DNA from: Tubulanus polymorphus
Taxonomy: Eukaryota > Animalia > Nemertea
Assembly: GCF_964204645.1 (NCBI RefSeq)
Contig: NC_134025.1
Location: 17,397,101-17,461,100, forward strand
DNA: 64,000 nucleotides
Direction of reading: 5' to 3'
In this document: positions 51,097 through 62,352 of the stretch, piece by piece
Position numbering within the stretch: position 1 is the stretch's first letter
Layout of the letters: every line of letters starts with the position of its first letter
Notes under the pieces: model-generated
Told to the model about the DNA's origin: nothing
Databases searched by the model: none
What the model saw: the letters and a program-made list of their open reading frames with translations, nothing else
Translations under genes and position numbers: made by a program

Positions 51097-51312
51097 ATGG
51101 AAAGGAATGATGAATACAATAAAAAACTTATTTGGAATTGGAAGAATTTAAGACCTTTAGAAAAGAAGGAAAACATAATTAAATCTAATAAACTAGATTT
51201 ACAGTTATATTTAGAACAGTTAACTAAGGCAAAGAAATTTATTGATCAATGGAACAATGATCCAAATAATGAACAATATGTTGAGGAATTTGATATCAAG
51301 GATCCGAAATGA
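51097..51312 (+). CDS. Mini-ORF duplicating the HNH C-terminal half
   Basis: NDEYNKKLIWNWKNLRPLEKKENIIKSNKLDLQLYL nearly identical to the HNH gene; own TAAATG start; also at ~41141-41356 in copy A. Confidence 0.5.
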   Translation: MERNDEYNKKLIWNWKNLRPLEKKENIIKSNKLDLQLYLEQLTKAKKFIDQWNNDPNNEQYVEEFDIKDPK

Positions 51313-51649
51313 CTTATCTGGACAGTTCTAATTACTGCTCCTAATAGATAAACAAAAGTAGTGAGATGGTGCCGTACGGCACCCACATGGTGATATCAAA
51401 TAGAATTCAAATAAAATATATTAAAAAAACAATAACTTCAACTAGCCATTATTTCTATTTTAATTTTTGATATTTTCTTTTACAATTCTTTTCAAAAGAG
51501 AATACTTTATATCACAAATAAAAAATACTAAAAAAACAATAACTAATACTAAAATTCTTTACCTTTAACTAACTAGTATTAACCCAAAGAGATACTAGTA
51601 TCATTTTATAATACTTATAATATTTTTTTGCTTTTTTTCTCTAATATAA

Positions 51650-52251
51650 ATGTCAAAGAAATCTAATAAGAATAGTATTGATATTGAAAAAACATTAGAT
51701 GATTTGGGTATAAGTGAAAATAAAGATACAGTTGTAACTAATTGTGCTCAAGTTAATTGTAATATAGATTATGAATACTATTTATATTGTAAGCATAATC
51801 TAGAACTATTGATTGCCGGTGGAAAAACTAAGGAGTTTTTAAATAGAATCATTACTTTTCAAGAACTAAACTCTATGAAACAGATAAAGTAATAAAATAT
51901 TTTAAGATTTATGAAGAGGCAAGATTAGCCCGAATAAATGATTCTATTTCAGATGGTATTGTCAAATGTTACTCTAAGTTATGTAACCAGTTAATACCAA
52001 TTGATGATGAAAATAAATTCTATAGTGATTTGAAAAATGACTACTTAGTTATGACTGAATTACAAAAATGGGTCGGTTATGCTTCATTTCAATTAGGATC
52101 GGTTATGACATTAATTTCTACTGGCGTCATAACATTTTCGAATATCAAACCTATGGAATATAAATCAGGTAAGAACGAAACAGATGTACTACAACCAAAC
52201 GTCGAAACAGAAAATGAATCAGAACAAAAATTAACTAAAATAAATGAGTGA
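51650..52251 (+). pseudogene. Frameshifted homolog of 40237-40839
   Basis: Two ORF pieces match the N- and C-termini of the 200-aa protein. Confidence 0.75.
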
Positions 52252-52612
52252 TGGCGTTAAGAAAAAGGCTAGATCTGAAAAACAAATTAAATGGGCAAGA
52301 GAATTAGGTAAAAGATCTTCAGAATTAAAAAAAGCTAAGAAAAAGAAATTAACTGATATAAATGAATCACAGAAATTATCTGATATTAATTCAAATAATA
52401 ATCCATCTGATTCTTCTAATGCTGGAAGTAATTATAAATTATATATTACAATTGGATTAGTAACAGTTATTATATTATCCGGTGTAATATATAAATCAAA
52501 ATTCAAATCTGATGATAAAGATGATTCCAATGACAATAAACCTATCATACCAGAAAATAAGTCAAATGATAAAGTCATTGAAAATAAATCTAAATTATTA
52601 TTAATGGATTAA
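52244..52612 (+). CDS. Basic single-TM protein, copy B
   Basis: Homolog of 39876-40244, same length. Confidence 0.75.
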   Translation: MSDGVKKKARSEKQIKWARELGKRSSELKKAKKKKLTDINESQKLSDINSNNNPSDSSNAGSNYKLYITIGLVTVIILSGVIYKSKFKSDDKDDSNDNKPIIPENKSNDKVIENKSKLLLMD

Positions 52613-52618
52613 AATAGA

Positions 52619-54529
52619 ATGAAAAAAGAACAATATTTAAGAGATTTATATTATAACCCAGAGAGTGAAGTATCATATTCTAGTATTTCAGAATTATGGA
52701 ATAAAATTAAATCTGATAATGAAAATGGTGATGGTGCCGTACGGCACCCACACGTTGGTGTAAAATATAGTGAATTGAAATCATGGTTACAAAATCAACC
52801 AACATATCAAATCCACAAGAAAATGGATAAAACTTATTTAACAAGAAAAGTTAAGGTTTCATATATCGATCAACAATGGCAAGCAGATTTAATTGACACG
52901 AAGAACTTAGAAGAACACAACAAAGGATATTTCTGGATATTGAATGTTATAGACATATTCAGTAGATACGCATGGTTAATTCCAATCAAAAATAAAACTG
53001 GTATAGAAGTGACAAATGCTTTTAAATCTATATTTAAAGAAGCTATTCCAGATAAGATACAATTTGATGAAGGTAAGGAATTTTATAACAAACGATGAGG
53101 AGAGAATCCCACAATGATAATAAAAAGTCCGAAAATGAAACTTCGAGATAGTAGTATATTTCAACGTTTCGACTATATCCTAATAGTCATCTTCAGGAAT
53201 AATGAGATACTACAGAAATTATGAGATATATATACAATCCAGAGACAAAGAGACTAATTCAAGTAATCAGAGATGATACAAACTAAAGGAAAATTAACGT
53301 AGAAACAGTTACACGCTAAAATAGATTAAAGGGAAGCAAACTAAGGGGTGATTATAAACAACAATAGTGAGTATAAATATAAATGAAACTTAAAGTCAGT
53401 AGTAAAAAGAAAGACAAACTAGGGGGCACTTAAATTAAAACAAAGGTGAATACAAGTTAAGTCAGAGACGAAATTGATGAGAGAACAAATAACAAATAAT
53501 CAAAGGGGAAATCAAGTGTTGAGTTTAACCAGTTTACAGAGGAATTTTGATATAAGTTTATTATGGGGTGAAAAACCATTGTTAAGGTTTACAACGTTGT
53601 TCGAATTTTCAATAATTAATGCAGATTCCAAAATATGTCTTCTAGTTTTATCGCTGCAAGGGTAAACTAATTCAGCATTAGCAAAATCAAAATTGTGTGA
53701 AGTCTGAAAAACATGACTAGCAACTCCGCTTTCAGGTTTAAAGTTTTTTACATCTAATTTATGCTCTTTTATGCGTTGATTAAGATTCCGACCTGTTTCT
53801 CCTACTTTTTATTATCATTGTGGGATTCTCTCCTCATCGCGTCAACACGGATATTGTGCTCTACCTATCGTGATTTATAACAAACATTTCAAAAAACTAT
53901 TATCTGATAACGATGTAGATTATTTTTCAACACATTCAGATAAAAAAGCATCTATTATAGAAAGATTTAATAAAACATTGAAAACTAGAATGTGGAAATA
54001 TTTTACTGCTAATGAAACGTATAAATATATCGATGTATTAGATGATTTAGTGAAAGGTTATAATAATTCTAAACATAGTTCTATAAATATGAAACCTATA
54101 CAAGCTAGAAAAGAAGATAATTCGGAAATAGTTTGGAATAATTTATATGGAGCGTTTGTTACACATGATTTCGGTGAACCTAAATTTAAAATTGGACAAC
54201 ACGTTAGAATATCTAAATATCGAAAAACATTTTATAAAGGTTATACCCCTAATTTTACAGAAGAAATATTTAAAATTAAAAAGATAATATTAACTAAACC
54301 TTTTGTTTATAAACTAGAAGATCTAAAAGATGAAGAAATATTAGGTTATTTCTATGAACAAGAATTATCACTTGTACCAAATCCAGATGAAATAGAATAC
54401 AAAATAGAAAAAGTATTGAAAACAAAAACTCTTAAAGGAAAAAAGTATTCTTTGGTGAAATATAAAGGATACGATGATAAGTTTAATGAATGGATTTTAT
54501 CTAGTAAAATTAAAAGAATAAATGAATAA
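52619..54529 (+). pseudogene. Polinton-type integrase, copy B, disrupted by a Penelope insertion
   Basis: 52619-53093 plus 53886-54529 reconstitutes the copy-A integrase. Confidence 0.9.
53094..53873 (-). mobile_element. 5'-truncated Penelope element (same family as 15925-16885)
   Basis: 12-bp duplication tttataacaaac (53082-53093 / 53874-53885); GIY-YIG tail; hammerhead motif at 53161-53196 on the minus strand. Confidence 0.88.
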
Positions 54530-55133
54530 AGATTTATTCATATTCGAACCGCATAATATGTTAATAACTGGAGTAACCAATTGTGGTAAAACACATTTCA
54601 TATTAGATTTGTTAGAAACTATTTATAAGAATCATTTTGATAATATAATATTATTCTGCCCTACTTATGAAATGAATAAAACATATAATAGAGATATAGT
54701 TAAGATGAATAAGTTTATTATATTAGATCCTAAAATAGTAAAAGAAAATTTAGATAATTGTATAAAAATAGCAATTGATCCTTATAAAGGATCAAATACA
54801 TTATTCATTATAGAAGATTGCGCAAATTTACATGATTCAAAAGTTAGAGAAAGTGAGTTATGTTATCTAGTTTTCTCTGGGAGACATTTCGGGATAACAA
54901 CATGGGTTTTAAATCAAAAATATAATTCAATTGTTAAAGACTTTAGGGAGAATATAAGATTTCTAGTTTTATTCTACAATAAAGATAAAAAATCTATGCA
55001 ACAATCATTGGAAGAAAATCAAATTATACCTACTGAATTACATGATGAATATATGAATAAATTAAAGAATAATAAAGGTTCAAAATTATTACTGAGACTT
55101 CAATTTCCCTATGAATATAAATTTATAAAATAA
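54522..55133 (+). CDS. A32-like (FtsK/HerA superfamily) genome-packaging ATPase
   Basis: Walker A GVTNCGKT, Walker B-like LFIIED, SGRH, TTWVLNQ, FRENI; overlaps the integrase stop codon. Confidence 0.88.
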   Translation: MNKDLFIFEPHNMLITGVTNCGKTHFILDLLETIYKNHFDNIILFCPTYEMNKTYNRDIVKMNKFIILDPKIVKENLDNCIKIAIDPYKGSNTLFIIEDCANLHDSKVRESELCYLVFSGRHFGITTWVLNQKYNSIVKDFRENIRFLVLFYNKDKKSMQQSLEENQIIPTELHDEYMNKLKNNKGSKLLLRLQFPYEYKFIK

Positions 55134-55418
55134 CTATTTATATATCTATCTATCTAATACGTATTAAATACGTATTAAATACATTAATACTTAAAACCCC
55201 ATTTTTAAAATAAATATTATTCATATAGTTTTCAACCAATTTATTTTTATTTTTTTCAACTAATATATGAATAAGTTTGAAAATAATAAAGGTTATTTAT
55301 TATTACTGAGGTTTCAATATAAATTTAAAAAAGAAATATAATATATAGTTTCTAGGGATGTTTAACTTTCAATTTGCAGACTGAACGTGGTATTTCAAAA
55401 TCATTTTCTCTTTCCTAG

Positions 55419-55884
55419 GTGTCATTGCTCTCATTGCCAGATATTGGACACTGAGCCAGAGTGTATCTGCTGCCATGACGTTCCCGAGGTCAAAAATAAA
55501 TTAGACCAGCTCAATGCAAGACCAGGAGACGACCATTTCACTTGCATGACTGATACGCCATCATTTCAGTCAGTGTGTTTGGATGTTTTGGTGCTGGAAA
55601 CAGCATGGTATGGGTTTCGTTCGCAGTATGGCCGTAAAGCGTTTGAGGGACCTTTACCAGACAAATATAGGCACATTGCATATAGACAGTGTGTTCGATG
55701 GTGCTGGGGATTCTGCGGCAAAAACAATAGAGTCATATTGCCTGCATGTATCGTGTCATGCATCAGGGCACATTTCCCAAAAGAAGATGTTCTCGAAGAG
55801 GATCAGCCATTCAGAGGAGTCCGTCTACCTCCAATAGAAACTAAAACGGAATTGTTAGTTGCAACGTATAAAATATTTTATTAA
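55419..55884 (+). CDS. KolX / P2X7 C-terminal (nanor-like) Cys-rich protein, last exon
   Basis: CHCSHC...ECICC...FQSVCL...YRHIAYRQCVRWCWGFCGKNNRVILPACIVSCIRAHFP after a ttcctag acceptor. Confidence 0.82.
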
Positions 55885-56009
55885 TTTACAAGAATAAATG
55901 ATTTGTATATATTTTGCATTAAAAAAGTTGTCAATCATGTCATCTTGAGCCGAGTAACAAGGAATTCAAATAACTACAATGATATTAACAGCAGTAAATA
56001 GTCAAGTGG

Positions 56010-59000
56010 TTATTGATTATCAACCAAGTCACTTTTCAGAACCTCGCGAATCACTTCATCAATAGATTCGGTGTTGACAGTCAGTTTTCGAAATCGGTTT
56101 TTAGGTTGAGTAGCGAGGACAGTTGATTTTGATTTTCCTTTGACCTTTTCGGTAACCTTCTTGAATCTTGATGTATGGTAGATTACCGCTTCATCCTTAA
56201 CTACCCTTTTGCGATCCGCGATCAATGTGGCTGGTACATTTATTTTAGAGGAATCATGCGGGCGTCTCTTATGTTGTTAAAAACTTCTGCAAAGCATAAC
56301 TTGACGTAATCTGAAAAAAATTTTTTTTTAATGAACCCGAGTAATTTTTAGTAAATAATATCACACTTTGTTAGGTTCAGCCTACGATGAGTGGTTTTTG
56401 TCAGAATTTTTCTTAAAACGTGACCATCTTTATATTTGTACTTTGGATAGTGCACCTGCCATCGCTGATTACCAGTCTTCGTTTCAGCTTGAATTCGTTC
56501 AGAATTTTCGTTATAGTGAAGTATTGCTATACAGATCCTAATGGAATTTGAAATGAAGATAGAATGATAATGTACCAGGTAGAACAATGATGTGATTTTG
56601 TAAATTCATATTTTTACATGTATTTACATACCTACTGAGCATTCCGACGTAAGAGAAATGTATCATCTTAGGGGCAAAATGATTAAATGTGTTATCAAAG
56701 CATTCGATACTGCTGGTTTGTCCATAGCTAGACATATTGGATATCTGATTAACTGTCCGCGTGTTAGTTGCAAGATTCTCAAATTCAGATGCAACATTGG
56801 ATCCTAAAAAATTGAAAGATCAATAAATCAAAATGAAAACAATTATTTACACTTAATTATCTAACCGGGTAGCTATTAAATAGAGAATAGAAAAATATAC
56901 CTGGAATTAACCATTTATTTTTTTAGAATATGATGCGTGGAGACAGTTCTCATGATTTTTTTGAACATGCTGTATGCATGTCAGCCATTTCTGTTTTATT
57001 GTCTCGTGGTCTCCTGATTCTGAGGATTGGGCACACCAGTACAAATGGACTTTGATATTGGGTATCCACTCTTTGATAACCTCCATGTCTTTTTGCTTTC
57101 CTAGGCATTCGAGTTTTCTTTTGACCGCTTGACAGATAAAATGATAAACAAAACGTAGATCTTTGTGAACAAGCCTTAAAAAACTTTTTACAAAATTGTG
57201 TTACTTACGCACCTTTGACACAATGCCAAGTATCATAGTAATGTGGAATTTTCCAAGTGTCGCGTGCCCATTTTCTAACGGACAAATGCATATCAGTTAC
57301 GAGAGCTGTGATTGTGAATTTCTTCAGTTTTTCTGCGCATCTTTTTAAGCCTTTTAGTTCCATCGCATTTGATGATGTCACTTCATTTGACTGAATTATA
57401 TATTTAAAAAAAACAAAATACCTAAAAAACGAATCCACATTCATAAACCCTGAATAACTGCAAGGCATACTTACTTGGACTAACTCAGAATTTATTATTT
57501 TATTGGTCTCCAGATTCATTATCGAGTATGAACAGTACTTTGCCGAGTGGCCAGGCGAGTCACAGCGTCCATCTCCTCCTATCAACAGTGGAGATGATTT
57601 GAGACTATCAAGCATAGACTCGCGTTTCCTTTCCCAAACTTGTCGTATAGCGGCATGGATGTATTTCGAATGATGGTTATACACTGTTCGCGTTGAAAGG
57701 CACTGAATTTTTATGAAGCTGGATTGACAATGAATGTTTGAAATTATATATTGAAATGTATTTTTAAAAAGTCGATGAAAATTAAGGCACAATTTGATGA
57801 CAAGCATTGGTTTCAACTTACTTAAACAACCTGATCACCTTTGCTGTTAGGCTTCCTGTCAGTAGTATTCCAACACTCAATAATATACTGGTAACGGGAA
57901 TACCCTTGATGGATGGCTCACTTTTCCATGTGGTCCTGTGGTTACACAGCTTACACTGGGTTCTAACTGTCAGACAGGTAGAAGACATACTCTTCGAGAC
58001 AAGATTTTCACCCTTGCAGATACTGCAGAATTGAAATAGTATCAGCAGAGCAGACTGATAAACAATAAACTTGGTCTGATCCTGAAAATCAACGTCATCC
58101 TCATTCCTGCAAGTAAAAATACTTCTATAATTTCACAGATCTTAGTATTGATCTCTCGACAAAATCAAATACAAATTTCTATGTCATGATATCTAACTTG
58201 AGGGTAGGCTACATGTAATGATCATCTTACTTCTGAAACGAGTTGTACTTCGAAGCTAGTTGTCCTTCCGTAGTTCTCTTCGGGGTCGACTCTGTGTTTC
58301 CTTCCTCAGGAATAACGATGTAAATCAAACGAAAACAGTTGGTTTAGTATATCTTATTCTCTTTATTCTTCCGGGGTGTTCCGTCCGATGAGTCGTGTGT
58401 AAGCTCTCAATCTCGAGTCTGAGTCTCTGAGTCATCTCTCTCACTTTGGTACTGACCAGCCTATTTATACAGATCCCAGCCCCCTTTGTTCTACGGGCCA
58501 GATGGCTTCATTTGTTCCAAAGAGGGCTGTATTTGTTCTGGTCAGTGCCAAAGTTACTAAATTTAGGACCAATCGATAATATGAATTGAGGGAGACACGC
58601 GCCGTACTGGTTGTTGTTCAGTGATTGTGGTCAGATGTTCACACAATGGTGACACGTGCCTCCCAGGGAAATTTATAATTAACGATTGCCTTTGTGTCAC
58701 TTCATTTCTTCAAATTTCAAACTGTCTTCTTGAAATTCATCATCCGATTCAGTCTCCGTGTCGCACTCTGGACGATATTCTTCATCAGAATCTGTCTTGT
58801 TTGATGAGACACTGCTCTGACTAGCCTTTCTGTATCGCTTCTTGGGTCTTGTTTTTGGGGATAGAAGGGAACATTGAACCCCACGTGAGGTGCGTCTGAT
58901 TTTGTAGCTTTTGACTTTCGGTTTTGAATATTTTGGGAAATGTCGACGTTGACAAAAATACTTAGGTCTCCATTTGAGAGTTTGGATTGCTGAAAAAATA

Positions 59001-59745
59001 TTTTTAAATAATAATGATCAAATCTAATTCAATTTCTATAATCAACAAATGAAATATGAAATTAAAAGTAGGTAGGCAACTATCTTATTCATGATTTCGA
59101 ATGGATGTAATTACCTTTATTAGATGTGATAGGTTCAGTTTGAACAGCTACAGTTTCCCACATCTTATCGAGATCGCCATCACCATCAATTTCAAAGTCA
59201 ATACTTTGAAGCTCTGGTTCAGCTACACTTGGCTGAGTCGCATCATTGACCATCCCTAGCCTCCGTCTCTTTTCAAAAGCTGAACGTCCTTTCTGCATCT
59301 TCGGACTCAAAAAATCTGCTTTCTGAGGCGAGTCAACAGAATTCGACACAACAGAATCATTGAGATGCAAAGTTTGTACAGAATCTTTCTTTAATCGAAG
59401 ACTGAAGTGAAAAATGCATCATAATAGTCAGTTGTTTTCCAAACTAATTACAAGTCGCCTGATTATACATGACACACTTAGGCCCAGGTCACTCGAAAGT
59501 GAATTAAATATGATTTGTTTCAAAAGTTGTAGAATCAAGGTATCAGTTTATTTTATGGGATTGATGTTTTTAATATACAAACCTATTAGCAAAACCAGCA
59601 TTGTACTCCATGTAATTGTCGAAGGCCTCCGTTGTTAAATGTTTTCTACAGAGCACACTTGATGACGAAGGCTTCCATTGTGCTCGCTTTGTACTCACAA
59701 AAGCAGTCCATACTCTAAAGTCTATTTATTAATGTATGAGACCTG
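56010..59745 (-). pseudogene. Multi-exon Kolobok transposase with N-terminal THAP domain, degenerate
   Basis: THAP WTAFVSTKRAQWKPSSSSVLCRKHL (59620-59720); GDGRCDSPGHSAKYCSY, SNAMELKG, LVTDMH, HYYDTWH, QTSSIECF..HFAPK, AILHYNEN; convergent with KolX. Confidence 0.82.
58234..58699 (-). mobile_element. Solo LTR (466 bp)
   Basis: TG...CA ends, 4-bp TSD cttc (58230-58233 / 58700-58703), TATAAATA and AATAAA on the minus strand. Confidence 0.8.
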
Positions 59746-61722
59746 TTTTTTCGCGATATCTTGCTTAATATTTGTAGTACATACCTCATTTAGGTCTTAT
59801 CGTGACCACAAAAGTCGCGGACGACATATGAATATCCGATATTTTATCCGTTTATCACCGCTTAGAAGGATTGGTAAGAAGTGTAGGAAATCGCATCTTA
59901 AATCGGCGAAAACAACCGCCATGTTCGTCTTTTTCCGGTTCATGCATATGCTAATGAGCGTTTTTAGTCATGTGATCTGGGCGAGTTTATTTTTTGCGGG
60001 TTGGTTAGGTTATGCAAACACGTGTGAACTCTGAGTCTGAAGAACTCTCGTAAAATGCCGTGTTTTTAGTCGGGATTGGCAAGAAATCACTTTTGTACGT
60101 CTTAGACTGAAGCGTAAGCGTGAGTATAATTACCACGTAGTGTTATTTAAGATGATTCGCTTTTTGTAAAGAAATTGGTAACGCTTTGAAAAACCGCACA
60201 GATCTTCGATCCCGTAGCATGGATGGATGATGGAGAGAACCAACGGCACCGCGCTCTCCTCGTGTGCGTGGCGCGGGGGGAGGTACACAACGCCTAATGT
60301 TGCTCTCTGTCGGAAATGCTCAATAAGTCATGGACAGTAACCCTTCATTCAGCTAGTTCGAAATGCATTAAAGACCTAAAGCGCAGTTGCTTTTTTTAGT
60401 TGAACTGAATTTTTGGGAAGAGAGTTCATGGTCCGTCCCGCAGTTTTCATCAATCATGGCTGAATATGTAGGTAGTTGGGAAGGAAAGTAGGTCATGGAC
60501 ATGGAGTGGAGGTAGATCAAACTTTTTATTTACACAATAACTAGTCCACATATAAGTCGTACATGTTGGACCCAATCAAATTTATTGAACTTACCCGATG
60601 TACGGCTTATAGATAAGTTGAATATTTTCGATTTTTATGGAATTTACTTAGGTTAAAAACCGGACCAATGGCAATGCATACTGAAAAAGCAATTTGTGCG
60701 AGTTTCACTGAATACCATTCACTGTCCTACTGGTTTTCATACTAATCCTATTGGATTGTTCATGTAACATTTTCATTTCAGAGTGTGTTCAAGGAGCTTT
60801 GCAAGATTACCCAACATTGTTGAATGGTTTTTGGTCTGTCAGATAATTCAAATGCGCATGACATTGAACGTGGTCAAGAAATTGCTGCAAATCGAAGGAT
60901 CTATACTTCTTGGTTTATTCGGTGTACGCGACAAATCATCCACTCGGTAGATTTAAACCAGGATACAGAATATGACGAAGCAAATTTGTGCTCTCAACGA
61001 ATGCAGTTAATCATCCTAAGTCTAATCGGTAATTTATAGCCTGCTTGGCTGAATGCAATTCCGGCTTATTCTGTTTTACCGGGAGTTAATCGGGTCAATT
61101 TTGAGGTCTAAATCCTGAGTTCTGTACAGATGGTTCCGTTTGCATTTTTATTGAAATTTCTGTAGTACACCTTCGGTAGGGTTCTGTCAAACAGGTTTTT
61201 GATCAATGGATTGGTTTCATCAGTTTAGTAAAAAGGGAAAAAGGTTTATCTTCGAGAAGTGTAGATACCCATTTTCAGCCACAATACAAACAATAATAAC
61301 ATAATATAATATTTAATTAACGTTGAACTGTATTGACAGATTACAGACAAGATAACATAGATACATAGAGGTTTGCACTATTTACAATTACATTATTTTT
61401 TCATGAACATTAAGCATTACAGTGTACGCAATTGCACTTAGGCCACACCAAAAGAAAACCCTGTTTCTCGGGCCCGACCGACACGATATTTCCCCATTTC
61501 AAATAATCATTTTCAGAATAAAATATAATCGCCTACCGACCCTTTTTCAAAATTTTAGGTCAAATAACTCTTTTCAAAAATATATATGTGGCCGACCGAA
61601 CTCCTTTCTCGTAAATATTTTTTTACCAAATAATGATGTCGGCACTGAGATCAACATCATAAAAACATTTTATTATATCGGATTTAAAATTTGATTCTGG
61701 AAATGGCGCAGCCATGCTCAGA

Positions 61723-61936
61723 CAATAGTAGATAAAAACCCACTATAAAAAGAAAAACTATCTGGTAGCTTAATGTTTCAACTCAATTCTATGAGCCATT
61801 TTCAAAAACTGATTTAGTTTTTGAAAATTGCTCATAGAATTGAGTTGAAACGTTAAGCTACCAGATACTTTTTCTTTTTATTGTGGGTTTTTATCTACTA
61901 TTGATATTGGACAGCCACTTGTCTATGGAAACCAAA
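61723..61936. mobile_element. Short Penelope-like insertion consisting of an inverted pLTR pair
   Basis: ~180-bp palindrome at 61723-61903 with a degenerate hammerhead (tgaaaattgctcatagaattgagttgaaacgtt); atgctcagacaa on both flanks. Confidence 0.6.
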
Positions 61937-62140
61937 ATGCTCAGACAACTTTGCTAATTGGACTTTGATGGCGACTTTGGATTATCCTTTTATTATTGTG
62001 GTCTACTAGCTGTTAATCATATTCCTGACTAAAAATTTAGTCCAGTAAAAACTATTTACGGCGACCTACCCACTGATAGAAGAATAACCGATATTTTTTT
62101 TCTATACAGAAAATAAATGTCCTACCTACCTACCCATTTT

Positions 62141-62299
62141 GGGATCATTCATTTATTACGTAAGCATAAAATTTGAATTTTTCAACCCCCCTCCGCTCTG
62201 TACGCAAAATCGGCCATTTTTTTCATATACACTAAGCATCACAGAACGCAATTGCACTGACCCCTCCCCGAATGCATACGTAATAAATGAATGACCCCC
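62141..62299. mobile_element. MITE remnant (Harbinger-like ends)
   Basis: Inverted repeats gggatcattcatttattacgtaagc / gcatacgtaataaatgaatgacccc. Confidence 0.5.
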
Positions 62300-62352
62300 T
62301 TACAGTGCCGTACAGGTATATATATATATATATAATTTGTGAAAACAATTTT

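Larger units (their letters stand above)
48510..55200 (+). mobile_element. Polinton/Maverick-like endogenous virus element, copy B (truncated)
   Basis: Inverted, collinear homolog of copy A from the terminal fold-back through the integrase, plus a complete ATPase. Confidence 0.87.

Noticed and set aside
35232-55200. Copies A and B as the two TIRs of one giant element enclosing 43.4-48.5 kb
   Set aside because: The AG-starting termini face inward, each truncates a different TE, and the copies have many independent indels, so two separate insertions fit better.
55387-55884. Host P2X7 receptor gene
   Set aside because: Only the Cys-rich C-terminal domain is present, convergent with a Kolobok transposase.
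58295-58873. Alternative LTR boundaries tgtttccttc...gaagggaaca
   Set aside because: No TSD, and 58700-58873 reads as Kolobok coding sequence; 58234-58699 has a perfect TSD.
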